DNA of 29,804 nt. Origin: Candidatus Bipolaricaulota bacterium. GTDB lineage: Bacteria > Bipolaricaulota > Bipolaricaulia > UBA7950 > UBA9294. Position 1 is the stretch's first letter; each line of letters starts with the position of its first letter. The translations under genes were made by a program, and so were the position numbers. This document shows, in pieces, positions 19,336 to 29,300 of the stretch. Under the pieces are notes generated by a model that had not been told where the DNA came from, ran no database searches, and worked only from the letters and a program-made list of their open reading frames with translations. The stretch spans positions 1 through 29,804 of the forward strand of contig JBFMGK010000009.1 of the NCBI GenBank assembly GCA_040752575.1. Direction: 5' to 3'.

Positions 19336-19418
19336 AGCCATCCCGCACCGCCTCCCTTCACGCAGAGGCTCCCGATACGTAGACTGGTGACAGGGCAGCT
19401 TCGGGAGGAGGTGCGAGC

Positions 19419-19850
19419 ATGCGGAAGGAATTCCGTGACTTCATCGCGAAGGGGAACCTCGTGCAGTTGGCTGTGGCGTTTGTCATGGGTGTCGCGTTCG
19501 GCACCGTCGTGAGTTCGTTCGTCAACGACCTTGTGATGCCGATCGTAGGAAAGCTCGTGGGAAACGTCGACTTCGCCAACCTGTACATCAATCTCTCCGA
19601 GACCGCGTACGCGTCCGCGGCGGACGCGCGAGCCGCTGGGGCCGCGGCGATCTACTATGGAGCGTTCATCAACACCGTCATCAATTTCCTTGTCGTGGCC
19701 TTGGTCTTGTTCTTCATCGTGCGGGTCTACCAGAGGTCGCAGAAGCCGAAGGTCGAGGCGGCTCCGTCGACCAAGACCTGCCCCCACTGCAAGTCAACGA
19801 TCGCGCTCGACGCGACGCGCTGCCCGCACTGCACGTCGCAGCTCGGTTGA
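19419..19850 (+). CDS. mscL: Large-conductance mechanosensitive channel with C-terminal four-Cys tail
   Basis: EFRDFIAKGNLVQLAVAFVMGVAF, VSSFVNDLVMPIVG and YGAFINTVINFLVVA; tail CPHC-x10-CPHC. GGAGGAGG RBS. Confidence 0.96.
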   Translation: MRKEFRDFIAKGNLVQLAVAFVMGVAFGTVVSSFVNDLVMPIVGKLVGNVDFANLYINLSETAYASAADARAAGAAAIYYGAFINTVINFLVVALVLFFIVRVYQRSQKPKVEAAPSTKTCPHCKSTIALDATRCPHCTSQLG

Positions 19851-19897
19851 TCCTCGCGCCGATCGAGCGTCCAAGAAGGCGGGCGAGAGGGTGAAGC

Positions 19898-22800
19898 ATG
19901 GCGGGACCCGTCAAGAAGCACCCTGGCGGTGCCGTATCGGTTACGCCAAGCGGGTCCACGCTCTTGGCCGCGCCGGGCCTCGACCCCGCCGACTTCGCGC
20001 AGTTTCTCGACTTCACGCACGACGGGGTCTGGCGCGTGGACGTGTCGCCCTCCGTGTCGACCCGGCTCGCTCCGCGCGAGCAAGCCGAGGCCATCCTCCA
20101 CCGAGCACGCCTGTCCTTCTGCAACGTCGCGCTCGCCCGTCTCGTCGGTCTGGAGACCCCGGACGACCTGTTAGGGCAGCCGCTTTCGGCCCTACTGACC
20201 GGAGACCACGAAGAGCAGGTCCGATTCGTCGCTGCGTCCATCGCGCATGGGTATCTATTTCGGGATGCGGAAGCGCCGATGCAGCACGCCGACGGGCACA
20301 TCATCTGGACGTGCAGCAACGTCGTCGGCGTGGTGAAGCGCGGTCGGCTCTCGGGCGGTTGGGGGACGACGCGGGACATCACGAGTCAGAAGTCGGCCGA
20401 GGCCGCGCTCGCAGAAGCGAGCGCCAAGCTGCACGCGACGATCTCGGCCTTCCCCGATCTCCTCTTCGAGGTGGACGCTGAAGGCCGCATCCACGACTAC
20501 CAAGCTTCGAACCCCGCTCAACTCTACGCGCCCCCTGCGTCTTTCCTCGGGAAGAGGCTTTCCGAAGTCCTTCCCCCGGCGATCGCGGATTCCATCATGG
20601 CCGCGCTGGAGACAGCGGTGCGCGAGGGCTCCAGTCGAGGGACCCGGTACTCGCTCGACCTACCCGCGGGGCGTCGGACGTTCGAGCTGACGATTGCCGC
20701 CAAGGGGTCTGGGAGAGAGGCTGATGCGAGGTTCGCCGCGATGGCGCGCGACGTCACCGAAGGGGAAGACGCGCTGGCCGCCTTGCGCCGGAGCGAAGAG
20801 CGACTGCGGCTTGCCCTGGCCGCAACGAGCGACGGGATCTACGACGTCGACTTCGCGACCGGCGCAGCGTACTACAGCCCCGGCTATGCGTCGATGCTGG
20901 GCTTCTCGCCGGACGAGTTGTCGCCCAGCCAGACCACGTGGGAGAGGCTGCTCCATCCCGAGGATCGCGAAGGCGCGCTTCGAGTTCTGGAGGAGTGCTT
21001 GGCGGGTCCGCGCGACGAACTCGAGATGGAGTTTCGCCTGCGCGCCAAGGGCGGGGATTGGCGGTGGATCCATAGCCGCGCTCGCGTGGTCGCTCGCGAT
21101 GCCGATGGCCGCGCGCAACGAGTTGTCGGCACGCACCGCGACATCACGCGACGGGTCCTTGCCCGCGAGGAGCTGCAGCGACAGCGTGACCTAGCTCAGC
21201 TCTACCTTGATACGGCGCAGACGATCCTCATCGTGCTGGACGTCGACGGCCGGATCGAGCTCGTGAACCGGCGCGGCTGCGAGCTGCTCGGGTGCGAGTG
21301 CCCGGGCGCCCTCCTGGGCAAGGATTGGTTCTCGAACTGCCTTCCGGAGCGTCTCGCCGCCGAGACGGCGGCCGTGTTCCAGCAGCTCGTCGCCGGGGAA
21401 GTCGAGAGCGCCGAGTACCACGAGAATCCCGTGAAGACGCTGTCCGGCGAGGAGCGTCTGATTGCGTGGCACAACGCGCTCCTGCGCGACGCGCGTGGCC
21501 GGATCACGGGGATCGTGAGTTCCGGCCAGGACATCACCGACCAGAAGGCTGCGCAGGACGCACGGCGCGAGAGCGAGGAGCGCTTCCGCCGCATCTTCGA
21601 GGAGAGCCCGGTCGGGATGGTCATCGCGGGACCTGACTACCGCTTCACCAAGGCGAACGCCGCCTTCTGCCGGATGCTTGGCTACCGTGAGAGCGAGCTT
21701 CTCGCGCTACGCTTCATCGACGTCACCCATCGTGAGCACGCCGAGGCCGACCTGGCCGGAGTCGAACGGGCGGCCCGAGGCGAGTCGAGCGTCTACCGGA
21801 CCGAGAAGCGCTATCTTCGCAAGGACGGAGGCGTCGTCTGGGGAGCTGTCTCCTCCGTCCCGATTCGCGATGCCGAAGGTAGGGTGCAGTACTTCGTCGC
21901 GATGATTGCCGACGTGACCGCTGAAAGAGAGGCCAAGGCGGCGCTGGCGGAGAGCGAACGACGGTTTCGCGACCTAGCGAATGCCCTGCCCACCTGTGTG
22001 TTCGAGGCCGACCTCGCGGGGCGCATCACCTACGCCAACCAGACGGGACTCGACTGGTTTGGGTATTCCGAGTGCGAGGCGCTGGGCGGGATCGACCTGA
22101 CCCAGATGGTGATCCCCGAGCAGCGGGACACAGCGGCGCGGACCTTCCGACAGGCCATGGATCGCGGTGAGGTGCCGTCCGGCGAGTACATGGCGTTACG
22201 CAAGGATGGAACGACGTTCCCCGGGCTTGTGTCGTCGCGCGCCCTGGTTCGGGATGGGCAGACGATCGGAATACGCGGAATCCTCGTCGACATCAGCGAG
22301 CGCGTCGAGTCTGCCCACCGAATCGAGCGCGCCTTGACGGGAACCGTGCGCGCCCTCGCGGCGACGACTGAGATGCGCGACCCGTACACTGCAGGGCACC
22401 AAGAGCGCGTGACCCTGCTTGCTCTCGCGATCGGGCGGCGCATGGGGTTCGCCGGTTCTCGGCTTGAGGGACTGCGCGTTGCGGGGCTGTTGCACGACGT
22501 CGGAAAGGCCTCGGTGCCAGCGGAGATTCTCAGCAAGCCGACAGAGCTCACGGCGATCGAGCTCGACTTCGTGAGGCAGCATCCCGCGACGGGGTACGCG
22601 ATCCTGAAGGAGATCGACTTCCCGTGGCCGGTGGCGGCGATCGTCCTTCAGCACCACGAGAGAGCCGATGGATCCGGATATCCCCACGGCCTTCGCGGCG
22701 AGCACATCCTCGTTGAGGCGCGCATTCTCGCGGTGGCAGACACGGTCGAGGCCATGGCGTCTCACCGCCCGTATCGTGCCGCGCTCGGCCTGGCCAAAGC

Positions 22801-22924
22801 TCTCGCCGAAGTCGCGGCGGGCCGAGGAACGCGATACGATGCGGCGGTTGTCGATGCTTGCCTCGCCGTCTTCGCCGAGCGCGAGACGGCTCTGGGGCCG
22901 TTGCCGATCGAGTGGGCGGCGTAG
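19898..22924 (+). CDS. Multi-PAS HD-GYP phosphodiesterase (about six PAS domains)
   Basis: Six PAS/PAC units ending in DIT/DVT/DIS motifs, then RDPYTAGHQERV, LLHDVGK, HHERADGSGYP, ARILAVADTVEAM and RPYR. Confidence 0.93.
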   Translation: MAGPVKKHPGGAVSVTPSGSTLLAAPGLDPADFAQFLDFTHDGVWRVDVSPSVSTRLAPREQAEAILHRARLSFCNVALARLVGLETPDDLLGQPLSALLTGDHEEQVRFVAASIAHGYLFRDAEAPMQHADGHIIWTCSNVVGVVKRGRLSGGWGTTRDITSQKSAEAALAEASAKLHATISAFPDLLFEVDAEGRIHDYQASNPAQLYAPPASFLGKRLSEVLPPAIADSIMAALETAVREGSSRGTRYSLDLPAGRRTFELTIAAKGSGREADARFAAMARDVTEGEDALAALRRSEERLRLALAATSDGIYDVDFATGAAYYSPGYASMLGFSPDELSPSQTTWERLLHPEDREGALRVLEECLAGPRDELEMEFRLRAKGGDWRWIHSRARVVARDADGRAQRVVGTHRDITRRVLAREELQRQRDLAQLYLDTAQTILIVLDVDGRIELVNRRGCELLGCECPGALLGKDWFSNCLPERLAAETAAVFQQLVAGEVESAEYHENPVKTLSGEERLIAWHNALLRDARGRITGIVSSGQDITDQKAAQDARRESEERFRRIFEESPVGMVIAGPDYRFTKANAAFCRMLGYRESELLALRFIDVTHREHAEADLAGVERAARGESSVYRTEKRYLRKDGGVVWGAVSSVPIRDAEGRVQYFVAMIADVTAEREAKAALAESERRFRDLANALPTCVFEADLAGRITYANQTGLDWFGYSECEALGGIDLTQMVIPEQRDTAARTFRQAMDRGEVPSGEYMALRKDGTTFPGLVSSRALVRDGQTIGIRGILVDISERVESAHRIERALTGTVRALAATTEMRDPYTAGHQERVTLLALAIGRRMGFAGSRLEGLRVAGLLHDVGKASVPAEILSKPTELTAIELDFVRQHPATGYAILKEIDFPWPVAAIVLQHHERADGSGYPHGLRGEHILVEARILAVADTVEAMASHRPYRAALGLAKALAEVAAGRGTRYDAAVVDACLAVFAERETALGPLPIEWAA

Positions 22925-23012
22925 GGGGGATGGCCAGGTGGATGCGTCACCCCCGGGTGGGGCAAGAGCCAAGTCCACGGGGAATGGTTTGTCGTGTCGT
23001 TGGGGGAGGACC

Positions 23013-23948
23013 ATGCGGCGATGCTACGTTGTTGTGAACCCCGCTTCGGGACGGGGGGCCGGCGGGCGGTGCGCCCCGCGCATCGAGCGAGCCCTGCGGG
23101 CGGAGGGCGTCGAACCGGAGATGGCGTTCACCGAGCGTCCGTGGCATGCGGTGGAACTTGCGCATCGCGCTGTTCTGAGCGGCTTCGACGTGGTCGTCGC
23201 CGTCGGCGGCGATGGCACGGCCAACGAGGTCATGAACGGCCTCCTGTCTGCGAAGAACGCCGGACGGCGCGCGACACTGGGCGTCGTGCCCGTGGGGCGC
23301 GGCAACGACTTCGCGTTCGGCGTCGGCATTCCGCGGGACCTCGAGTCGGCCTGCCGCGTCGTCGCCGGCGGGTGCGTGCGCACGATCGACGTCGGCCACG
23401 TCGTCGGGAGCGACGTTCCTGACGGGCGCTACTTCGGCAATGGCGTAGGGGTCGGGTTTGACACCGTCGTCGGGTTCGAAGCGCAGAAACTGAAGCACGT
23501 GCGGGGATTCGCGGCCTACTTCGTCGGCGCGCTGCGAACCATGTTCCTTTACTTCCGCGCGCCGCTCGTTCGCCTCCGTCGCGACGAGCGCGAGTCCTCT
23601 CAGCGCGCGCTGATGATCTCCATCATGAACGGACGGAGAATGGGCGGCGGGTTTCTCATGGCGCCGGCGGGACGTCCAGACGACGGGCTCCTCGATCTAT
23701 GCATCGCGGGGCAGGTGAGCCGCCGCGCCGTGCTCGGGCTCCTGCCGCGGTTCATCAAAGGAACGCAAGGATCGCATCCAGCCATCGCCATGGAGCGAGC
23801 GTCGCGGATCGAGATCGTCGCCGAAGAGGGAACGCTGCCGGCACACGCCGATGGCGAGACTCTGTGCACGGCGGGGACGACGCTCGAGATCGAGCTCCTT
23901 CCTCAGGCGCTGGATGTCCTTGTCGATCCAGCGTCGGTGATCCCTTGA
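23013..23948 (+). CDS. Diacylglycerol/lipid kinase family protein (YegS/DgkB-like)
   Basis: VNPASG, GGDGTANEVMNG, PVGRGNDFA, GVGFD, GGGF, DDGLLD and HADGE. ATG 23013 after GGAGG. Confidence 0.93.
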   Translation: MRRCYVVVNPASGRGAGGRCAPRIERALRAEGVEPEMAFTERPWHAVELAHRAVLSGFDVVVAVGGDGTANEVMNGLLSAKNAGRRATLGVVPVGRGNDFAFGVGIPRDLESACRVVAGGCVRTIDVGHVVGSDVPDGRYFGNGVGVGFDTVVGFEAQKLKHVRGFAAYFVGALRTMFLYFRAPLVRLRRDERESSQRALMISIMNGRRMGGGFLMAPAGRPDDGLLDLCIAGQVSRRAVLGLLPRFIKGTQGSHPAIAMERASRIEIVAEEGTLPAHADGETLCTAGTTLEIELLPQALDVLVDPASVIP

Positions 23949-24637
23949 GGGCGGCAGACCGGTTCGTGAACGCCGCAGAACGAGCCCTCGTTGCGCTCCT
24001 CTGCCGCGTCGACGACGCCGACATCCGTCGCGTGCCGCTGGAAGGCCCGCTGATCCTTGTGACGAACCACGTGAACTTCCTGGAGATCCCTGTTGTGCGC
24101 TCGCGCCTCCGGCCGCGTCGCGTCGTCGCGCTGGCGAAGGCTGAAGCGTGGGAACAGCCGATCCTCGGCTGGCTCTTCGACCTCTGGGGGGCGATCCCCG
24201 TTCGCCGCGGAGAGGCCGACCTGCGAGCGCTTCGGGCCAGCCTCGAGGCCCTGCGCCGACGCGACATCTTGGTCGTAGCGCCCGAGGGGACGCGAAGTCG
24301 CGATGGCATTCTCCGCCGCGGTCGGCCGGGCGTGGTTACCCTGGGTGCTCGGAGCGGGGCGCCTCTCCTTCCGCTTGCGTTCTTCGGCGGCGAGCAGCTT
24401 GGGACGCACCTACGTCGGCTCCGCCGAACGCCGTTCTCGATACGCGTGGGGGAGCCGTTCTGCATTGCCCCGCACGCCACGCGGCTGCCCCGGGAGGAGA
24501 GACAGGTAGCGGCCGACGAGGTGATGACCAGGCTCGCCGCCCTCTTGCCCCCGCCGTATCGCGGCGTCTACTCCGACCTCACCGGCCCGGTGCGGTACCT
24601 TCACTCCTGCTCTCTCGAAGAGGGCATGCAACGCTAG
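23945..24637 (+). CDS. Lysophospholipid acyltransferase (PlsC/LPLAT family)
   Basis: GPLILVTNHVNFLE, LAKAE, GAIPVRRG, APEGTRS and IRVGEPF. TTG start overlaps the kinase stop (TTGA); exact start uncertain. Confidence 0.88.
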   Translation: MRAADRFVNAAERALVALLCRVDDADIRRVPLEGPLILVTNHVNFLEIPVVRSRLRPRRVVALAKAEAWEQPILGWLFDLWGAIPVRRGEADLRALRASLEALRRRDILVVAPEGTRSRDGILRRGRPGVVTLGARSGAPLLPLAFFGGEQLGTHLRRLRRTPFSIRVGEPFCIAPHATRLPREERQVAADEVMTRLAALLPPPYRGVYSDLTGPVRYLHSCSLEEGMQR

Positions 24638-25902
24638 GGGCAACCTTCCGGCGGAGGCGCACCGTGCTTGTCGGCGTACATCGCGCAGTCCGCACGGTGG
24701 ATCACGCTCTCGATCGCCTCTTCGCTGTCCGGCGACCAGTGCGCGGCGCCAATTGCGACACGTACGGGAGTTCCGATTGGGGAGTCGCTGCCGAGGTGGC
24801 GTTCGACCGCGGCCTGTATGCGCTTCTTAACGGTGAGGGACTCGCCGTCGGTCTCGACGAGAAGGATCAGGAATTCGTCGCCGCCGTATCGAACGACGAT
24901 GTCCGAGTCGCGGACCGTCCGGCGTAGCACCGTGGCGACGCGTCTCAAGATCTCGTCTCCGGTTGCGTGCCCGAACTGGTCGTTGATCTCCTTGAAGCGA
25001 TCGATGTCGACCATCAGGAGGCCGATGGGGTGCCGATAGCGCCGCGAGCGCGCGGCTTCGCTCGCGAGGATCTCGCCGAGCGCGTAGCGGTTGTACACGC
25101 CGGTCAGCGGGTCGTGCCGTGCCATGAGCCGCAAGCGATGGTCCAGCTCCCGCGCCTCGGTCACGTCGCGCAGGCTGCCTTCGACGCGGAAGAGCTTGCC
25201 GTCCACATCACGCAGCCCGCGGCAGGTGTCGACGACCCAGATCGCGCGTCCCCTGCGCGTTCGAAGCTGGACTTCATGGGAGCTCGTCGCGCCGGAGGAG
25301 GCGAGCGCGGCGAGCGCCGCGCAACGGTCTTCGGGGTCGACGTAGAGGTCGGCTGCGTTCAGGCCGATGAGGCTCCGCTTGTCGTCCACCTCGAGCATTC
25401 TCGCCAACTCGCTGTTGGCTTCGAGGATGACGCCCTGGGCCGTCGTAACGTAGAGCCCGACTGGGATGCTCTCGAACAGCGCGCGGTAGCGGGCGTCGCC
25501 TGTCGGCGTCGCGTCCTGCGTGGCCGGGAGGGCGCCCGAACCGTTGGTCAAGCAGCCTTCGAAGCGCACCAATCGTCCCTCGTTGTCGCGTACTGCCCGA
25601 CAGGTATCGCGAACCCAGATGAGGGTTCCATCACCTCTCCGAAGCTGAGCGCGATAGGTCCGAGGACGGTCGTCGGAGGTCGTCGAGATGTAGTCGACCT
25701 GACGCTCTTCGACGTCGGAACACGAGTCCTCGACGACGAGATCACACGCTCGGAGTCCGACGACATCAGCCGGGTGGCTATACCCGAGCAGAGCGAGGAG
25801 TTGAGGGTTCGCCTCGAGAAGGATGCCCTCGGGGGAAGCCGCGTAGCGTGCTTCGTCCCGCCCCCGCGCGTCGTGTTGGTCAGGCGTCGGCCGTGCGATC
25901 AT
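24634..25902 (-). CDS. Cytoplasmic PAS-PAS-GGDEF diguanylate cyclase
   Basis: Two PAS domains (GILLEAN..., YRALFESIPVGLY...), HDPLTGVYNR, DIDRFKEINDQFGH, I-site RDSD and intact RYGGDEF. Its stop overlaps the acyltransferase stop at CTAG. Confidence 0.93.
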   Translation of the reverse strand: MIARPTPDQHDARGRDEARYAASPEGILLEANPQLLALLGYSHPADVVGLRACDLVVEDSCSDVEERQVDYISTTSDDRPRTYRAQLRRGDGTLIWVRDTCRAVRDNEGRLVRFEGCLTNGSGALPATQDATPTGDARYRALFESIPVGLYVTTAQGVILEANSELARMLEVDDKRSLIGLNAADLYVDPEDRCAALAALASSGATSSHEVQLRTRRGRAIWVVDTCRGLRDVDGKLFRVEGSLRDVTEARELDHRLRLMARHDPLTGVYNRYALGEILASEAARSRRYRHPIGLLMVDIDRFKEINDQFGHATGDEILRRVATVLRRTVRDSDIVVRYGGDEFLILLVETDGESLTVKKRIQAAVERHLGSDSPIGTPVRVAIGAAHWSPDSEEAIESVIHRADCAMYADKHGAPPPEGCP

Positions 25903-26090
25903 GCGCCCCCGTCCCTCGGAACGCGCTCAGTGTAGCGGCGGGGGCGCGATCGGCCAAGAGACGTTCGAGGGGGTTCTGTGACAAAGGCAGGACTCTTGCG
26001 AGTTGCGGTGCGAGGCCTGCGAATCCCCTTTCACGGAGTTTGCATCGTAGTTCGTCCCGTATGACATGGAAGGGAATCGCGGTGAAGTCT

Positions 26091-26122
26091 CCTCTTGGCA
26101 AGAGGGGCAATGTGTTTATACT
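26091..26122 (+). promoter_or_regulatory. Sigma70-type promoter upstream of the riboswitch, with a palindrome over the -35 box
   Basis: TTGGCA (26095-26100), 16 nt spacer, TATACT (26117-26122). The 7-1-7 inverted repeat CCTCTTG-G-CAAGAGG (26091-26105) covers the -35. Confidence 0.6.
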
Positions 26123-26150
26123 AGACGCGGTGTAAGAAACAGCAAGAGAG

Positions 26151-26231
26151 GGCTCTGAAAAGGGCAAACCCGTCGGAAGACGGGGACGCAAAGCTGCGGG
26201 GCCTTACGTGGTCAGCCGAGCTGCCGGAGCC
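26151..26231 (+). ncRNA. c-di-GMP-I (GEMM-I) riboswitch aptamer
   Basis: P1 GGCUCUG/CGGAGCC; signature AGGGCAAACC; P2 CCCGUC-GGAA-GACGGG with GNRA tetraloop; GACGCAAAGC junction; P3 ending GGUCAGCCGAGCUGCC. Lies in the 5' UTR, 84 nt before the CDS. Confidence 0.93.
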
Positions 26232-26262
26232 GGAGGTGTGGAGGCTGCGGTGGCTCGGCTTT
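26214..26262 (+). terminator. Riboswitch expression platform: hairpin mutually exclusive with the aptamer
   Basis: AGCCGAGCUGCCGGAGCC (26214-26231) pairs with GGCUGCGGUGGCUCGGCU (26243-26260), 17 of 18 positions including two G-U pairs; ends in a short U run (26260-26262). Confidence 0.65.
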
Positions 26263-26314
26263 CGCGTGCTCCTGGCCGGGCCGATCGAGATCCCGAGATC
26301 GGAGGAGGCGCGGC

Positions 26315-29300
26315 ATGAGGTGGAGGAGTTGTCTGTGGTTTGTGGCTCTGGGGATCGCCATTGCGGCAGGAGCCATGGCAGGTGCGGCGACGGTCAACGT
26401 TCCCACGGATTACACGACCATCCAAGCGGCCGTCAACGGAGCGGCTGCGGGCGACACGATCGTCGTTGCCGCAGGCACATACGCGGAGTCCGTGACGGTC
26501 AACAAGACGCTGACAATCCGAGGAGAGGCGGGGTCCGTTTTGCAGGGGGCCGGAAGTGGCAACGGGTTCCTGATCCAAGGCAAGGACATTGCGATTGAGG
26601 GCTTCCAGATCAAGGGGTACTTGATTGGCGTGCGGACGTATGGCGGGCCGAGCAGTTACGACACGCTTGCTCTGAGGGATCTCGCAATCACTGGGAATGC
26701 CATCGGCATGCAGATCAACCGGGATGGCTTCAGCACGCTGACCATCGACGGCTGCCAGATCAAGGCGAACACGCAAGAGGGAATGAGCGTTGTCGATCAC
26801 CTCCTCGGATCACAGCACGTGGGCACTCTGCTCATCCAGAACAGCGACGTCTCGAGCAACGGGCGACATGGGTTCATGCTCGTGCGTACGAAGATCGATC
26901 AGCTCACGATCATCGACTCGAAGTTCGATGGCGCGACCACGGCGGGGTTCTGCGGGATCTCCTTCGTCTCTTCGCCTTCGCAGATCGGGGCGTTCACGAT
27001 GAGCGGCGGCAGTCTCTCCGGCAACAAGGGCGGCGGCCTCTATATCGTGCAGGTCGCGCACACTCTCGGGTCGATCTCCCTGGATGGCGTTGCCGTTCAG
27101 GGCAACGCCGAGAGCGGGATCACCCTGGGCGGAGGAGCCACGACGGGGTCCCTGGCAATCCGCAACTCGCTGTTCAGCGGGAATGCATGGGAAGAATTCG
27201 ACCTGAGTGGGGGCTGGTTCGGCAAGTTCAGCGTAAGCGGCGCGACGACGATTCAAGGGAATTCCTTCCTCCGATCTGGAGGGACGTGGGTTGCTATCTA
27301 CGTTGGCAATCAGGCGGTGTTCGGCAGTGTCCCAGAGATCAACGGGAACGACATCGTTGGGTATGGAGTCGAGAATTACGCGAGCGGCCTCATCGACTGC
27401 TCCGGCAACTGGTGGGGCAGCGCGACGGGGCGTGTCCTCGCGGCGAGCGCGGCCTACAGCCCGTGGCTGGCCAACAGCACGAGTGCCGCAACCTGGACGT
27501 TCGTCGTCGACGACGTGGGAACGTCGCCGCCCCAGGGGTACCTGCAGGCAGCGCTCGACCAGGTGCGGGCGGGTGACGCCGTGCTGGTCAAGGCTGGACA
27601 GTACGTGACGCAGGCGGTGGTCGGGGTTGGAGTTCAGATCATCGGCGAGCCCGGCGCGGTGGTGAAGGCCCCAGGATCGACGACGTACACGATTGCCGAG
27701 TCGGGCAACACGTTTGACCCCATCGTCTTCGCATATGGTGGGACGATCGCTGGCGTGCATGTCTCGGGCCCTGAGATCAGCCAGACCGACATCGCCGGTC
27801 TTGAGATCGACGGCCAGAACAAAGCCCAAGCGAGTCCGCGCTTCGTGGGCATCCTTCTTCGAAACGTTGAAGGGACCATCGCGGGCAACACGATTCACGA
27901 CCTGTACGATGCTGACGGGCAAGGCAACGGTCCGCAGACGTTCGGCATTCTGGTGTACGGCGACTCCGATGTGAGCTTGCTCGGGAACACGATCTCGGAG
28001 TTCAGCCGCGGCGGCATCGGCGTGCTCGGCGATGTGGTCGGCTGGGCGCGGGGTCCGCTGGCTGATCCCAACGCGCTCATTCAAGGCAACACCGTCGTCG
28101 GGAATGGATATGAGGCGGGCTCTGGCTGGTGGGCCGAGAACGGTATCCAGATCGGATACGGCGCCACGGGAGAGATCCTCGACAACACGGTGATGGACTG
28201 CCGTGTCAACAACCCGAGCTGGTCGTCGACGGGCATTCTGATTGTCGGAAGCGACGACGTCCTCGTGTCCGGGAACACGGTAGGCGGAAACGACAACGGA
28301 ATCGCGGTGATGGGTCTGACGGCGTGGGGAGGCGGCCCCGCAACCGGAAACGTCCTTTCGCACAACGATGTCGTCGCCAACGAGTGGGGTATCGGACTTC
28401 AATACGATGCCGTGGACACCGAGATCAGCGGCAACGTGATCACGGGGAACGTGGGTGAAGGTATCTACGCGTACGGCGATGGTGGGAGCGCGGAGCCGTA
28501 CGGAACGATCGTTCGCTACAACGTGGTCGCCGGCAACGGGTACGGCCTGGTGAACTGGGGCGTCCTCGGGTCCCTGGACGCCATCCTCAACTGGTGGGGT
28601 TCGGCGGACGGCCCGTGGTACGACGAGGACTTCGACGCGCTGCCCGAGTACGCCGGCAGCGGTGACTCGATCTACGGTGCCGTGATCTTCAGTCCCTGGT
28701 TGGGGATGAACCCGGACGGGGATGGGGGGCAAGTCGGCGTACAACTGATTTCGCCGATGCTGATCATCGTCGACGACGTAGGGCCGGCGCCGGCCGAGGG
28801 CTACCTTGGGGCGGCGGTTGGCGGAGCGAACGCACTGGCGGGTCACGACACGATCGAAGTGCGTGACGGCGCCTACACGGCGACGACGGCGATCGCCGAC
28901 GGTGTGACGATCGCGAGTGCCGGGGGTACCGGCAAGACGACGATCGGCGGTGCGCTGTCGATTGACGCCGGCGATGTGCTGATCGGCGGCCTGGGGCATG
29001 GGTTCTCGATGTACGGGCCGGTCACGGTGGGTCCCGGGGTGGATGCGGCGACGGTGCACATCAACTGGAACGACCTGTATGACGTGGTGACGAACAACGG
29101 GTTGGGTTGGTTGGATGCGACGTTCAACTACTGGGGCGAGGACGGGCCGGACACGGTGGGGATGGTGGACACGTACCCGTTCCTGCCGGAGACGGCGGAG
29201 ACGATTCTGGGGTACATGGACGAGCACGGGCTGACGGCGCTGGAGGCGATGGACTTTGCATCGTTCCAGAATCTGTACGGGAACGTGCGCTGGTCGCTGG

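Noticed and set aside
22668..23012. N-terminal extension of the kinase ORF in the ORF track (similar extensions at 2107, 8561, 9424, 14061, 23699)
   Set aside because: Overlaps neighbouring genes or promoters; better RBS-supported or stop-coupled starts lie downstream.
26151..26231. 3',3'-cGAMP riboswitch with Hypr-type cyclases
   Set aside because: The discriminator position is G, and both cyclases keep Asp at the specificity position (GHLVGD, GHATGD) rather than the Ser typical of Hypr GGDEF enzymes.
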